Part shown: in pieces, positions 20,063 to 31,621 of the stretch
Position numbering within the stretch: the first letter of the stretch is position 1
Layout of the letters: every line of letters starts with the position of its first letter
NCBI GenBank assembly: GCA_963796275.1
Contig: CAWCKY010000004.1
Location: 1,536,001 to 1,600,000 of the forward strand
Reading direction: 5' to 3'
DNA from: an uncultured Acidobacteriota bacterium
GTDB lineage: Bacteria; Acidobacteriota; Blastocatellia; RBC074
Length of the DNA stretch: 64,000 nt
Position numbers and translations under genes: made by a program
The notes under the pieces: model-generated
What the model was told of the DNA's origin: nothing
Seen by the model: the letters and a program-made list of their open reading frames with translations, nothing else
Database searches by the model: none

Positions 20063-22705
20063 ATGAGACTGCTGGCGAACTTGTTTTATAGAGTACGCGG
20101 CCTGATGCGCGCCGAGACGATTCACCATGAAATCGATGAAGAAACGCGGTTCCACCTCGAGATGCGCAGCGACGAAAACATTCGCCGTGGCCTGTCTCCC
20201 GAAGAAGCACGACTAGATGCCGAGCGGCGGTTCGGCAATCTGACGAGGATGAAAGAACGCGGCTATGAGGTAAGAGGCGGTCGCTGGCTGGAGACCCTCT
20301 GGCAGGATCTGCGTTATAGCCTGAGAATATTATTGAAGAATCCAGGCTTCGCCCTCGTCGCCATACTAACGCTGGCGCTGGGGATCGGCGCAACCACTGC
20401 CATCTTCAGCGTCGTGAATGCGGTGTTGCTGCGGTCGCTCCCGTACCGAGATCCTGACCGGCTCATGCTGGTCAGCCATCACCGGGCAGTTCTGAATCTC
20501 GACTATGCCTTAGACGCGGATTTTCTGGAGTGGCGTGATCAGGCGAAATCGTTTGAACAGATCGCCGCTTACCGAGGCGATAGTGTCGTTCTGACAGGAA
20601 GCGGCGAGACGGTGCGACTCTCTACAGGGCGTGTTTCTGCTAATCTGTTTGCGATACTCGGCGTCGCGCCTGCGCTCGGTCGCGCCTTCACGTCTGAGGA
20701 AGACACGTATGGCGGCCCGCCGGTTGTAATCCTTAGCGACAGCCTGTGGCAGAGCCATTTCGGCGGCGATCCCCAATTGATTGGCCGTACACTCACGCTG
20801 GAAGGCCAAAGCTGGACGGTCATCGGGATTATGCCGCCCGGATTCCGGTTCCCCGGAGAATCTGATCTATGGCTGCCGCTCCTCAATGTCGCTCAGTCAT
20901 TGAGACACTTTAGAAGAGCGGTGAGTGTAATCGCGCGTCTCAAACCGGGTGTGACGCCGGAAGCCACCGAGGCGGAATTGTCTGTTATCCTCAAGAGGCA
21001 GCAACAGGCATTTCCCCGCATCTATTCGACTGTACAACAGGTTAGGGTGGTCAGGCTGAGCGAGAGCCTCGTCCGCAATGTGCGACAGACCTTGCTGATT
21101 ATGTTCGGCGCAGTCACCTTTGTTCTGCTCATCGCATGCGCCAACGTAGCAAACCTGACCCTGGCGCGGTCAGCGGCCAGACAAAAGGAGATGGCGATCC
21201 GCGCAGCGGTGGGCGCTGGGCGTCTGCGGCTCATACGACAGTTGTTGACCGAGAGTCTGCTGCTTTCGTTGGTTGGCGGTGTCGCCGGGCTGTTCACGGC
21301 GAAGTGGGGCGTCAAGCTGCTAGTGGCGATGAATCCCTCTAGGATCGCACGCATCGATGAGAGCGGCGTGGATGGCCGCATGCTCGGCTTCACCTGCGTG
21401 GTCGTAGTGCTCGTAGGCTTGACCGTCGGCATCTTTCCCGCACTGCATGCGTCAAGGACAGATGTCAATGAAACGCTCAAGGCACAGCCAGCCCACCGGA
21501 CGGGGCACGGTGGAGTGGGGCGGATGCTTTCTGCCTTGATGATTGCCGAACTTGCGCTCGCTCTTGTCCTGCTCGCCGGCGCAGGGTTGATGATCAGGAG
21601 CTTCTTGCGCCTGTTGGCCGTTCCCACAGGTTTCAACTCTGATGGCGTATTGACGCTCGCGCTCTCGCTCCAACACGTCAAAGACCAGCGCGCTTATATT
21701 CAGGAAACGCTCGATCGCGTCCAGGCCTTGCCCGGAATCCAGTCTGCCAGTTTGACCGATTTCCTTCCGCTCACCGCAAATTACGCAGGCCAGAGGCCGC
21801 CGAAGCTCATCGAAGGGCGTCCGCCGTTTGAGCCAGGGAAAGAACCATCTATTTTGGTATATCACATCAGCCCCAACTACTTTCAGACGATGGGCATTCA
21901 GATGCGCGCCGGACGACCGTTCACCTCACAAGATGGCGCGGAAGCGACGCCAGTAGTGATCATCAACGAAACATTTGCACGGCGTTTCTTCCCCAACGAG
22001 GACCCAATCGGTCATCGGTTGTCGATATGGTCACCCCCACAGACCATCGTGGGAGTGGTGGGCGACACGCGTCATAACGGTTTGGACCAGGAGGTCCGTC
22101 CGCAGATTTACGCGCCACGCATGCAACGCATTCGAAGTTCGATCTACCCCTCAGAGTGGTTGGTCGTGCGAACAACCTCCGGTCAGAACAATCCGACCAG
22201 TCTATCAAGCTTGGCCGGTTCCATACGCAATCAAGTGCGCGCAATAGATTCAAATGTGCTAGTCGATCGGGTCATCACCATGGATGAACGCTTGTCGAAT
22301 TCGGTCGCGGGGCGGCGCTTCCAGATGCTCCTGCTCGGTGTTTTTTCGGCGGTGGCGCTCATCATCGCGACGGTGGGAATTTACGGCATCATCTCGTATG
22401 GCGTCAGTCAACGAACACCTGAGCTCGGCATTCGGATGGCCTTGGGCGCGCAAGCGAGCGATGTGCTGCGGATGGTCATTTGGTGGGGAATGAGCTTGAC
22501 GCTGATCGGCGTGGCGCTGGGGTTGGCGGCGGCACTCGCCCTGACGCGCGTCATGAAGAGTCTGCTCTTCGACGTGAGCGCAACCGATCCGGTTACCTTC
22601 GCGTTCATCATCTTACTACTGGTTGGTGTCGCCCTGATTGCGAGCTACATTCCGGCGCGACGCGCTACCAAGGTCGATCCGCTTCAGGCTCTTCGCCAGG
22701 ATTGA
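20063..22705 (+). CDS. ADOP-family duplicated ABC permease
   Basis: 880 aa; N-terminal EIDEE..RRFG prefix; [10 protein letters not shown]; GIRMALGA; KVDP. Confidence 0.95.
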   Translation: MRLLANLFYRVRGLMRAETIHHEIDEETRFHLEMRSDENIRRGLSPEEARLDAERRFGNLTRMKERGYEVRGGRWLETLWQDLRYSLRILLKNPGFALVAILTLALGIGATTAIFSVVNAVLLRSLPYRDPDRLMLVSHHRAVLNLDYALDADFLEWRDQAKSFEQIAAYRGDSVVLTGSGETVRLSTGRVSANLFAILGVAPALGRAFTSEEDTYGGPPVVILSDSLWQSHFGGDPQLIGRTLTLEGQSWTVIGIMPPGFRFPGESDLWLPLLNVAQSLRHFRRAVSVIARLKPGVTPEATEAELSVILKRQQQAFPRIYSTVQQVRVVRLSESLVRNVRQTLLIMFGAVTFVLLIACANVANLTLARSAARQKEMAIRAAVGAGRLRLIRQLLTESLLLSLVGGVAGLFTAKWGVKLLVAMNPSRIARIDESGVDGRMLGFTCVVVVLVGLTVGIFPALHASRTDVNETLKAQPAHRTGHGGVGRMLSALMIAELALALVLLAGAGLMIRSFLRLLAVPTGFNSDGVLTLALSLQHVKDQRAYIQETLDRVQALPGIQSASLTDFLPLTANYAGQRPPKLIEGRPPFEPGKEPSILVYHISPNYFQTMGIQMRAGRPFTSQDGAEATPVVIINETFARRFFPNEDPIGHRLSIWSPPQTIVGVVGDTRHNGLDQEVRPQIYAPRMQRIRSSIYPSEWLVVRTTSGQNNPTSLSSLAGSIRNQVRAIDSNVLVDRVITMDERLSNSVAGRRFQMLLLGVFSAVALIIATVGIYGIISYGVSQRTPELGIRMALGAQASDVLRMVIWWGMSLTLIGVALGLAAALALTRVMKSLLFDVSATDPVTFAFIILLLVGVALIASYIPARRATKVDPLQALRQD

Positions 22706-22746
22706 AGGGAATTGGCAGCGATTTTCCGACTACCGACTACTGCACT

Positions 22747-25421
22747 ATGATCATGAGATTGCTGAGGAGTTTATTCCGTAGAGTACGCGGCCTGGTGCGT
22801 GCCGAGACGATTCATTATGAAATCGATGAAGAAGCGCGGTTCCACATCGAGATGCGCACCGCTGAAAACATTCGCCGTGGCATGCCACCGAAGAGGCACG
22901 ACAAGATGCCGAGCGGCAGTTCGGTAATCTGACAAGGATGAAAGAACGCGGCTATGAAGTAAGAGGCGGTCGTTGGCTGGAGACCCTCTGGCAGGACCTG
23001 CGTTATAGCCTGAGAATATTATTGAAGAATCCCGGCTTTACCTGTATTGCCGTACTCACACTGGCGCTAGGAATCGGCGCGAATACCGCAATCTTCAGCG
23101 TCGTGAATGCGGTCTTGCTGCGGTCGCTGCCTTACCAGGTACCCGACCGTCTCGTGCTGGCCAGCTATTACCGTGAATATGGAGCCGACAATGCCTGGGG
23201 CGCGGACCTGCTGGAGTGGCGCGATCAGGCGAAAGCCTTTGAACAGATCGCCGCTTACAGATTCGATGACGTAGATCTCACAGGAAGCGGCGAGCCGGAG
23301 CGGCTGATCGCGGGGCGCATATCCGCTGATCTTTTTCCGATGCTAGGCGTTGCGCCCACACTCGGTCGCGCATTCACGCTCGCTGAAGACACGGATGGCG
23401 GCCCGCCGGTTGTAATCCTGAGCGACAGCCTGTGGCGGCGCCGTTTCGGCGGCGATCCGCGGGTGATTGGCCGGGCGCTCACCCTAGAAGGCCAGAGCCG
23501 AACGGTCATCGGGATTATGCCATCCGCCTTCTGGTTTCCGGAAAAGGTTGATCTGTGGTTGCCGCTCGCCCTCAATGCCGCTCAACAGTTAAGTCGCCGG
23601 GGATTGACCAAATTGAATGTGCTCGCTCGTCTCAAGCCTGGGGTGACTCCGGAAGCCGCCAGGGCGGATTTGTCTGTCATCTTGGAGCGGCAGCGGCAGG
23701 CCTTTCCCGACTACTATTCGTTTATTAACAAGATCCGAGAGGTTCGAGTGGTCAGGTTGAGCGAGAAACTCGTCGGCAATGTGCGATGGGCCTTGCTGGT
23801 GCTCTTCGGAGCGGTCGCCTTTGTTCTGCTCATAGCATGCGCTAACGTGGCGAACCTGCTCCTAGCGCGGTCGGCAGCCAGACAGAAGGAGATGGCGATC
23901 CGCACAGCGGTGGGCGCCGGACGACTGCGGCTAGTGCGGCAATTACTGACCGAGAGTCTGCTGCTCTCGGTCGTCGGAGGCGCCGCCGGGCTGCTCGCGG
24001 CGAAGTGGGGCGTCAAGCTGCTCATAGCGATGAGTCCCGCCGGGATCGTGCGTATCGATGAGAGCAACGTGGATGGCCGCGTGCTCGGCTTCACCTGCGT
24101 GGTTGTGGTGCTCGTGAGCCTGATCGCCGGCGTCTTCCCCGCGCTGCAAGCATCAAAGATCGACGTCAATGAAACCCTCAAGTCAGGGCCCACAACGAGA
24201 GGCGCACAGTTAGGAGGCAGGGGCGTGCGGCTTGGGCTGCCTGCCTTTATGGTCGCTGAACTCGCCATGGCGCTGGTTTTGCTCGTTGGTGCGGGACTGA
24301 TGATCAAGAGCTTCATACGCCTGCTGTCAGTTCCCAAGGGTTTCAATACCGATGGCTTGTTGACGCTTTATCTCAACCCTAAATACCCAAGCGCCTCGCC
24401 GCAAAGCGTCGCTTATTTCCGGGAATTGCTCGCGCGCGTCCAGACGTTGCCTGGCGTCCAATCCGCCTCCCTGACTGATTTCCTTCCGCTCACCGGCCCT
24501 TTCTTGCTATGGCCACTTCAGATCGAGGGGCGTCCGCGCTATGAGCTGGGAAAAGCACCGCTTATTAATATGAATCGCATCAGCTCCGACTACTTTCAGA
24601 CGCTGGGCATTGAGCTACGCTCCGGAAGACCGTTCACCGCCCAGGATGGTCCTGAGGCGCCGAAGGTTATCATCATCAATGAAACGCTGGCTCGGCGCTT
24701 CTTTGCCGGTGAGGACCCCATCGGCCGCCGGTTGTTCCCCGGATCAAACGCGAGGACGATAGTTGGAGTGGCGAGCGACACTCGTCATCGCGGGTTAGAC
24801 CAGGAGGTTCAGCCTGAGGTTTATATTCCGTACCTGCAATATATGAAGGAGATGAGAGGTATGCGCCTGGTGGTGCGAGCCTACTCCGATCAAAACTCTC
24901 CGACCAATCCCTCCGTTTTATCCAGCCTGACTACCTCCATTCGCGATCAGGTGCGCACTATCGAGCCAAATGAGCCTGTCAATCCGGTCACCACGATGGA
25001 TGAACGCTTGTCGAATTCGGTCGCGGGGCGTCGCTTCCAGATGCTCTTGCTCGGCATCTTCGCGGCTGTTGCGCTGGTCATCGCGACTGTGGGAATTTAC
25101 GGCGTCATCTCGTTCGCCGTCAGTCAAAAAACTCATGAGATCGGCATTCGCATGGCTCTGGGCGCGCACGTGAGCGACGTATTGAAGATGGTGATCTGGC
25201 AGGGATTGCGCCTGGCGTTGATCGGCGTGGGGCTGGGATTGGCGGCTGCCCTGGCCCTGACACGCGTTATGGAGAATCTGCTCTTCAACGTGAGCGCAAC
25301 TGATCCGGTAATCTTCGCATCCATCGCCTTGTTGCTGGTCGGTGTCGCCCTGATTGCGAGCTACATTCCGGCGCGGCGCGCTACGAAGGTCGATCCGCTT
25401 CAGGCTCTTCGCCTGGAATGA
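22747..25421 (+). CDS. ADOP-family duplicated ABC permease (frameshift near 22890)
   Basis: [15 protein letters not shown] prefix in one frame, continues as the 827-aa ORF; close paralog of 20063. Confidence 0.92.
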
Positions 25422-25425
25422 TGAT

Positions 25426-25486
25426 GAGAATTGGCAACGATTCGTGCTGGCTACCTGTAAATGTTAAAGTGATGCAAACAGCATAG
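25426..25486 (+). pseudogene. padR 3' remnant
   Basis: GAGAATTGGCAACGATTCGTGCTGGCTA..TAAAGTGATGCAAACAGC nearly identical to 19994-20047. Confidence 0.85.
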
Positions 25487-25498
25487 AGGATTTACAAA

Positions 25499-25520
25499 CC
25501 GACTACCGACTACCGACTAC
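25499..25520 (+). repeat. Heptamer tandem repeat (CCGACTA)x3; x2 copy near 22726
   Basis: Directly visible in the leaders of two ADOP paralogs. Confidence 0.8.
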
Positions 25521-25526
25521 TGCAAT

Positions 25527-28175
25527 ATGATCATGAGATTGCTGAGGAGTTTATTCTGTAGAATACGCAGCCTGGTGCGTGCCGAGACGATTCACCATGA
25601 AATCGATGAAGAAGCGCGGTTTCACATCGAGATGCGCATCGATGAGAACATTCGCCGTGGCATGTCGCCCGAAGAAGCACGCCGAGATGCCGAGCGGCGA
25701 TTCGGTAATTTGACTCGGATGAAAGAACGCGGCTATGAGGTGAGAGGCGGTCGTTGGCTAGAGAATCTGTGGCAGGACTTGCGCTACGGCGCGCGAATGT
25801 TGCTAAAGAATCCCGGCTTCACGCTGGTGGTCGTGCTCACGCTGGCGCTCGGCATCGGCGCCAATACGGCTGTTTTCAGCGTCGTGAACGCGGTGCTACT
25901 GAGACCGCTTTCATATCGTGATCCGGACCGGATTGTCACTCTCTCCAACGCTCTTTCAGAAACACACGAGGCCCCTACTGCCCTCTCCAGGCAAGTGTCA
26001 ATCCCTGACTTTGAAGATTGGCAGGCCCAGAGCTCCTCGTTTGAGGCGATGGCCTATTACGGCTCGCCTCGCGAAAAGGGGGTGATACTGGGCTCAACTC
26101 CCGAGTACACCCGACTCACCATCGTCAGCTCTGACTTTTTTCGCGTCTTTGCTGTTGAGCCGCTCGTCGGCCGCTCGTTTACGCCTGAAGAAACCAAACG
26201 AGGGGGCGGCGGAGCAGCGATGATCAGCTATAACTATTGGCAAATCCATTTTGGTGGTGACCCTCGTGCACTGGGACAGACTGTCCGAATTTCAGAGCCA
26301 CTATCAATCGTCGGAGTGCTTCCACCAGGCTTTCGTTTTCCCGATAACACTGATATATGGGTCCCGGCGGTGGGACCGGCGGGACATCGTAGTGGGATGA
26401 ACTTCCTGTCCGTCGGGCGCCTTAAAGTCGGTGTGCCGATCGAACAGGCCCGAGCCGAGATGACGGTCATCGCCCAGCGCCTGGAGCAGCAGTATCCAGA
26501 AACCAATCGTGGGCGGGGCGTTGTCGTCACGAAATTGATGGACGTGATGGTTAGTGACGTTCGCATGACGCTCTACCTTCTACTCGGTTCAGTATCTGTC
26601 GTCCTTCTGATAGCTTGCGCCAATACCGCGACGCTTCTGCTCGCCAAAGCGAGTACACGGACGCGCGAAATCTCTCTTCGCGCTGCACTGGGTGCAAGCC
26701 GTAAGCGGATTGCGAGGCAGTTAATCACCGAAAGCTTACTGCTGGCCTTGATCGCAGGCCTTGCCGGTCTAGTGCTCGCCTATTGGGGATCAAGGGCACT
26801 GGTGGCGCTGGCTCCCGCCGACGTACCGCGGCTAGCCGAAGTCGGCATCGATCGCTGGGTACTCGGGTTCACTCTTGGAATGTCGGTGATCACCAGCCTT
26901 CTTTTCGGCTCCATACCTGCGTTCTATGCGTCAAATGTGGAATTGAGCGAGGCTCTGAAACAGGGCGGAACGCGGATCACCGGCGGCCGGCGAATGGCCA
27001 GCATTCGTGAGTTCCTCGTGGTGGTTGAGATCGCTCTTGCCGTGACGCTTGTCTGCGCGTCGGGTCTGCTGATCAAGAGTTTCGTGGCGCTCAACAACGT
27101 GGCTTTGGGTTTTCGGCCCGAAAGCGTGCTCGTTATGCGCGCAACTGCCCCGGCGCCACCCTCCGAAGACATCGCCCGCACACGGCAGTTTTTCAGTGAC
27201 ATGCTAACGCGGCTCGCCGAAACACCCGGAGTGGTGGCGGCCGGCGCTACAATGGCGCCGCCTGGATATGTTGATTCGACAGGGGGGTATTTCCTCGATC
27301 ATTTGCCCGCGCAACAGGATTGGAGCCGTGCGCCGAGCGTGGTGTTATCGGTCGTAGCACCTGGCACTTTCGCGGCGCTCGGCATTCCGCTCAGGAGCGG
27401 TCGCGACTTCAGCGAGAGCGATACGCTGGACAGACCCTTTGTCGCTGTGGTCAATGAAGCGCTAGTTCGCAAATCGCTGCCCAACCAAAACCCGCTCGGT
27501 AGGACCATCTTCTGTCCCTTCGATTCGTTCCAAGGGATGAAGATCATCGGTGTCGTCGGCGACGTAAGGCAGCGTGGCCCCGAGCACGAACCGATGCCTG
27601 AGTGCTATTTGCCGTACGGGCAGCACGACTTTAACGGAGCGACTTTGAGCCTGGTGGTGCGGGCCACAGGGGATCCCAATGCCCTTTCACAGACACTGCG
27701 GCGTATGGCGAGCGAGATCAACCCAGAGGTCCCAATGAAGTTCACCGCCATGGAGGCTATGCTGTCTGAGAATGTCGCCGCCCCTCGGTTTCGCACGGTA
27801 TTGTTTGCAGTTTTCGCAGGGTTGGCAGTCTGTCTCGCTATGGCCGGTATCTATGGCGTGATGGCCTTCACGGTCGACCGGCGATCGAACGAGATCGGAG
27901 TAAGGATAGCGCTCGGTGCGAGCACAGGTTCTGTGGTACGACTCGTTCTCAGACAAGGGCTGGTGCTCGCCGGCATAGGCCTTGTTTTGGGGTTGGTTGC
28001 GTCGATTGCCGGCACACGTCTGCTTCGCACCATGCTCTTTCAAGTTCAGCCAAACGACCCTACAGTCTATCTAGCTGTTGCGTTTCTGGTAGGCTTGGTG
28101 ACACTAGCTGCAGGCTACCTTCCAGCCAGCCGCGCTGCCAAGGTCAATCCTGTGGTTGCATTACGGCAGGAGTAG
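25527..28175 (+). CDS. ADOP-family duplicated ABC permease
   Basis: 882-aa ORF with all family motifs. Confidence 0.95.
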   Translation: MIMRLLRSLFCRIRSLVRAETIHHEIDEEARFHIEMRIDENIRRGMSPEEARRDAERRFGNLTRMKERGYEVRGGRWLENLWQDLRYGARMLLKNPGFTLVVVLTLALGIGANTAVFSVVNAVLLRPLSYRDPDRIVTLSNALSETHEAPTALSRQVSIPDFEDWQAQSSSFEAMAYYGSPREKGVILGSTPEYTRLTIVSSDFFRVFAVEPLVGRSFTPEETKRGGGGAAMISYNYWQIHFGGDPRALGQTVRISEPLSIVGVLPPGFRFPDNTDIWVPAVGPAGHRSGMNFLSVGRLKVGVPIEQARAEMTVIAQRLEQQYPETNRGRGVVVTKLMDVMVSDVRMTLYLLLGSVSVVLLIACANTATLLLAKASTRTREISLRAALGASRKRIARQLITESLLLALIAGLAGLVLAYWGSRALVALAPADVPRLAEVGIDRWVLGFTLGMSVITSLLFGSIPAFYASNVELSEALKQGGTRITGGRRMASIREFLVVVEIALAVTLVCASGLLIKSFVALNNVALGFRPESVLVMRATAPAPPSEDIARTRQFFSDMLTRLAETPGVVAAGATMAPPGYVDSTGGYFLDHLPAQQDWSRAPSVVLSVVAPGTFAALGIPLRSGRDFSESDTLDRPFVAVVNEALVRKSLPNQNPLGRTIFCPFDSFQGMKIIGVVGDVRQRGPEHEPMPECYLPYGQHDFNGATLSLVVRATGDPNALSQTLRRMASEINPEVPMKFTAMEAMLSENVAAPRFRTVLFAVFAGLAVCLAMAGIYGVMAFTVDRRSNEIGVRIALGASTGSVVRLVLRQGLVLAGIGLVLGLVASIAGTRLLRTMLFQVQPNDPTVYLAVAFLVGLVTLAAGYLPASRAAKVNPVVALRQE

Positions 28176-28763
28176 GTGCCACCGAGAAATTTTACGCGAT
28201 GCAAGTATTACTGCAGTCGCGAAATGTTCTGTGTCGTTTATTTCCAGATCAGAAGAGCCTCAGCCTGATCATCCCATCATTGCTCAGAATGATCATTATA
28301 CTGACCGGTCTGTGTTTGCGCCGGCTCTTATACTCGGGAGTAACCGCCATGATCCGTTCTCCCTCGGGGACGAATTTCAGCAGGTCATCCCACGTGAAGT
28401 TCTTCGGGACCGCATTGCCAATAAGATCGCACATGTTCCCCTTGCTTACCGAGATGGACATGGCTACACTCATCTCGGTAACCAAGTGATGCAGCATAAG
28501 TGCATATGAGCAAACCGACATATCTGGTCCAGGGCACTCTGACCTTCTGATCTTGAAGATCCTGCGTTAGAGCGGCTCCGTGGGTGGATAATCGGACAGC
28601 GCCTGAAACAAGTCTCATGCGATATTCTGCAGGTCAGCGACGGATCGATATGTCCTGCCTACATAAGCCGGTGCGGGAGGGGTTGGATACTGCAGAATCG
28701 GAAACCAAGCGAGATTATCATCGCGAGAAGTTCTCTTCGTTAACGCGGCTCTACCCAGGAAGT

Positions 28764-28831
28764 GAAAAAGAAGCCGACTGGAATCGCCTATCTAGTGCCA
28801 TCCGCGCGTGGTGAAACTCAAGGAGTTTTGA
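28764..28831 (+). pseudogene. 3' remnant of a second, different padR
   Basis: EKEADWNRLSSAI..RVVKLKEF* resembles the PadR C-terminal helix and ends 3 bp before the ADOP ATG. Confidence 0.6.
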
Positions 28832-28834
28832 TCA

Positions 28835-31609
28835 ATGCGAAACAAACGCTGGTTTTATACCATCCCATTGCGGTTACGCTCCCTCTTTCGCCGCAGGCAA
28901 ATCGAGCAAGAACTGGACGAGGAGCTCCGCTATCACCTCGAGCGGCAAATCGAAGAGAACGTCACCAGGGGTATGACGCCGGAGGAGTCGCGTTATGCCG
29001 CGCTGCGCGCTTTGGGCGGGATCGAGCAGCGGAAGGAGGAGTGCCGTGATATGCGACGCGTGAGGCCGATAGAAGAACTGATACAAGATCTACGCTATGG
29101 GCTACGGACGCTGCGCAAGAGTCCCGGCTTCACGGCGGCGGCGGTGCTCTCGCTGGCACTGGGGATTGGAGCCAACACAGCGATTTTCAGCCTGGTCGAC
29201 CCAATCATAATCAAGACGCTTCCTGTCAAAAACCCGGAACAACTGGTAGTGCTTAGCGGCGATCGGCAATACCCGGGACTCCCCTACTCGATGGTCGAGG
29301 AACTTCGCACTCGCACCCAGGTGTTTTCAGGAATCTCCTTTTCCGATGCGGAAATGACCATAGACGTGGTCGACCCTGTAGCCGGAGATCAGATAGAGAC
29401 GGCCAGGCTACAGCTGGTTTCCGGGGAATATTTTCAGGTATTGGGCGTCAATGCGGTCCTCGGCCGCACGCTCACGTCAGCCGACAACCAGGCGCCCTGC
29501 CCAACTCCGGTGGCAGTGCTGAGCTACAGTTTCTGGCAGAGCAGATTCGCCGGAGACCTTTCGATAATCGGCAAAAGCATTACTCTGAGAAATCAGCCGT
29601 TCACCATCATCGGCGTAACGACGGCCGAATTCTTCGGCGATGAAGTGGGAAGCGCGCCCGATATCTGGGCGCCGCTACTGCTGATAAATAGCGTAAGAAC
29701 AGGCCAGCCGTGCCGCGGCGATAACGGTATCACGTTCAATCGACAGCTCATGGCGCGGCTCCGTCCGGGAGTGAGCATTGAGCAGGCTCGAGCGGCGCTG
29801 GACTTATTCTGGGGACAACTCGCGAACGAGCCGACGAGCGGGCTCGGAAGTTGGGTAAATAGATTTTCAAAGATGGGTTTTATCTCAAAGATAAAAATGT
29901 CTCCCGGCCAGCGAGGATTAACAATCCGAACGGCAGGAACGAGAGGACTGCGCAGCTGGATTGTTCAGCCGCTTCAAATCCTGATGACGGTCGTGGGACT
30001 GGTGCTCATCATCGCCTGCGCCAACGTCGCCAACCTGCTGCTGACGCGCGTCGCGGTGCGACAAAAAGAAGTTGCGATACGTCTCACCATCGGCGCGGGC
30101 CGCTTCAGGCTCATCCGCCAGTTCCTCACCGAAAGCGCCCTGCTGGCAGCCGCCGGCGGCCTTCTGGGACTGGTTTTCGCCTGGTGGGGCAGCCGTCTCC
30201 TCCTGGTTTTGATGTCGCGCGGCGCAACTCCTATCCCCATCGATGTGACGCCGAACATCCGCATTCTCGGCTTCACGATAATATCCTCGCTCCTGACGGT
30301 ATTTCTCTTCGGCCTGGCGCCCGCGCTCATCGCCACGCGGCAGGATCTGAATGCAACGCTCAAGGCATCCACGGCGCAGATTCTCCCCCGCTCACGCCTA
30401 TCGCTCTCCCGCTCTTTAGTGATTGCGCAAGTCGCGCTGTCGGTCCTGCTGCTGACCGGAGCCGGCCTGATCATCCAGACCTTGCATAACCTGCGCACGA
30501 TGGATTTCGGAATCGATACTGAACACATCATCCAGGCCCGCGTCTCCGCGGAAGAAGCGGGTTATCAAGGAAATCAGGTAACTGAACTAAAACAGCGAAT
30601 ACTCGAAAGGCTGAACTCCGCGCCGGGCGTTCGCTCCGCCGCCACGGCAGATAGCGGATTTCTGTCGGGCACCGGCACTTCATGTTGTCTCGCCATCGAA
30701 GGCTTTGCTCTTCATCTCGATGAAGACCGCAAAATCGACGTCGACTACGTGAGGCCCGGTTATTTTCAAACTCTGGGTCTGCCGCTGATGCTCGGTCGGG
30801 ACTTTACCGCAGAAGATCTAAGTCACGACCCCTACAATCGGCAGAATCGAAGCCGCGAGCCGGCCGCCGGCCCGATAGCCGCGATCATCAACGAAACGAT
30901 GGCGCGTAAATATTTCGGGACTGCAAATCCTCTGGGGAAACGCTTTGGTATGCAAATTCCGGGGCGGAGCAATATCAATTACAACAGAGAGATCGTCGGC
31001 GTCGTTAAAGATTCCCCCTACTGGGAGATCCGTGCCGAGATACGACCGCTGATCTATATTCCCAGTCAGGAAGGAGATATGTTCGTGGTGCGTGCGGAGG
31101 GTCGGGCTGACTCGCTTGTGGCAACGATCCGCCGGGAGATCGAGGCTGTCGACAAGAAATTAAAGGCGAGCGACATCCACACTGCCTCTCAGGCTATTGA
31201 TAGACGCCTGTTTTCAGAAATATTGCTGGCCAGGCTTTCGAGCTTTTTTGCCCTGCTGGCGCTGCTACTCGCTTGCGTCGGGCTGTATGGCGTGCTGTCC
31301 TACGAGGTGGCGCGCCGCACGCACGAGATCGGCATACGGATGGCGCTCGGCGCGCAACGAAGGGACGTCGTCGGGATGGTAATGCGCGAAACTATGCTGC
31401 TGTTGATTATAGGCATAGTCATTGGACTGAGCGCAGCATTGGGCTCTACACGCTTCATTGCAAGTTTGTTGTATGGTCTGACGCCGAATGATCCATTAAC
31501 AATCGCGCTTGCTTCAATGATGCTGCTGATTGTTGCGGTGCTGGCGGGTTATCTGCCGGCGCGCAGAGCTGCGCGTGTCGATCCGATGGTGGCATTGCGC
31601 CACGATTAG
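28835..31609 (+). CDS. ADOP-family duplicated ABC permease
   Basis: 924-aa ORF with all family motifs. Confidence 0.95.
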   Translation: MRNKRWFYTIPLRLRSLFRRRQIEQELDEELRYHLERQIEENVTRGMTPEESRYAALRALGGIEQRKEECRDMRRVRPIEELIQDLRYGLRTLRKSPGFTAAAVLSLALGIGANTAIFSLVDPIIIKTLPVKNPEQLVVLSGDRQYPGLPYSMVEELRTRTQVFSGISFSDAEMTIDVVDPVAGDQIETARLQLVSGEYFQVLGVNAVLGRTLTSADNQAPCPTPVAVLSYSFWQSRFAGDLSIIGKSITLRNQPFTIIGVTTAEFFGDEVGSAPDIWAPLLLINSVRTGQPCRGDNGITFNRQLMARLRPGVSIEQARAALDLFWGQLANEPTSGLGSWVNRFSKMGFISKIKMSPGQRGLTIRTAGTRGLRSWIVQPLQILMTVVGLVLIIACANVANLLLTRVAVRQKEVAIRLTIGAGRFRLIRQFLTESALLAAAGGLLGLVFAWWGSRLLLVLMSRGATPIPIDVTPNIRILGFTIISSLLTVFLFGLAPALIATRQDLNATLKASTAQILPRSRLSLSRSLVIAQVALSVLLLTGAGLIIQTLHNLRTMDFGIDTEHIIQARVSAEEAGYQGNQVTELKQRILERLNSAPGVRSAATADSGFLSGTGTSCCLAIEGFALHLDEDRKIDVDYVRPGYFQTLGLPLMLGRDFTAEDLSHDPYNRQNRSREPAAGPIAAIINETMARKYFGTANPLGKRFGMQIPGRSNINYNREIVGVVKDSPYWEIRAEIRPLIYIPSQEGDMFVVRAEGRADSLVATIRREIEAVDKKLKASDIHTASQAIDRRLFSEILLARLSSFFALLALLLACVGLYGVLSYEVARRTHEIGIRMALGAQRRDVVGMVMRETMLLLIIGIVIGLSAALGSTRFIASLLYGLTPNDPLTIALASMMLLIVAVLAGYLPARRAARVDPMVALRHD

Positions 31610-31621
31610 GAGGATCGAGAG

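Noticed and set aside
28156-28618. Several short overlapping ORFs between ADOP genes
   Set aside because: No recognisable motif or consistent coding frame
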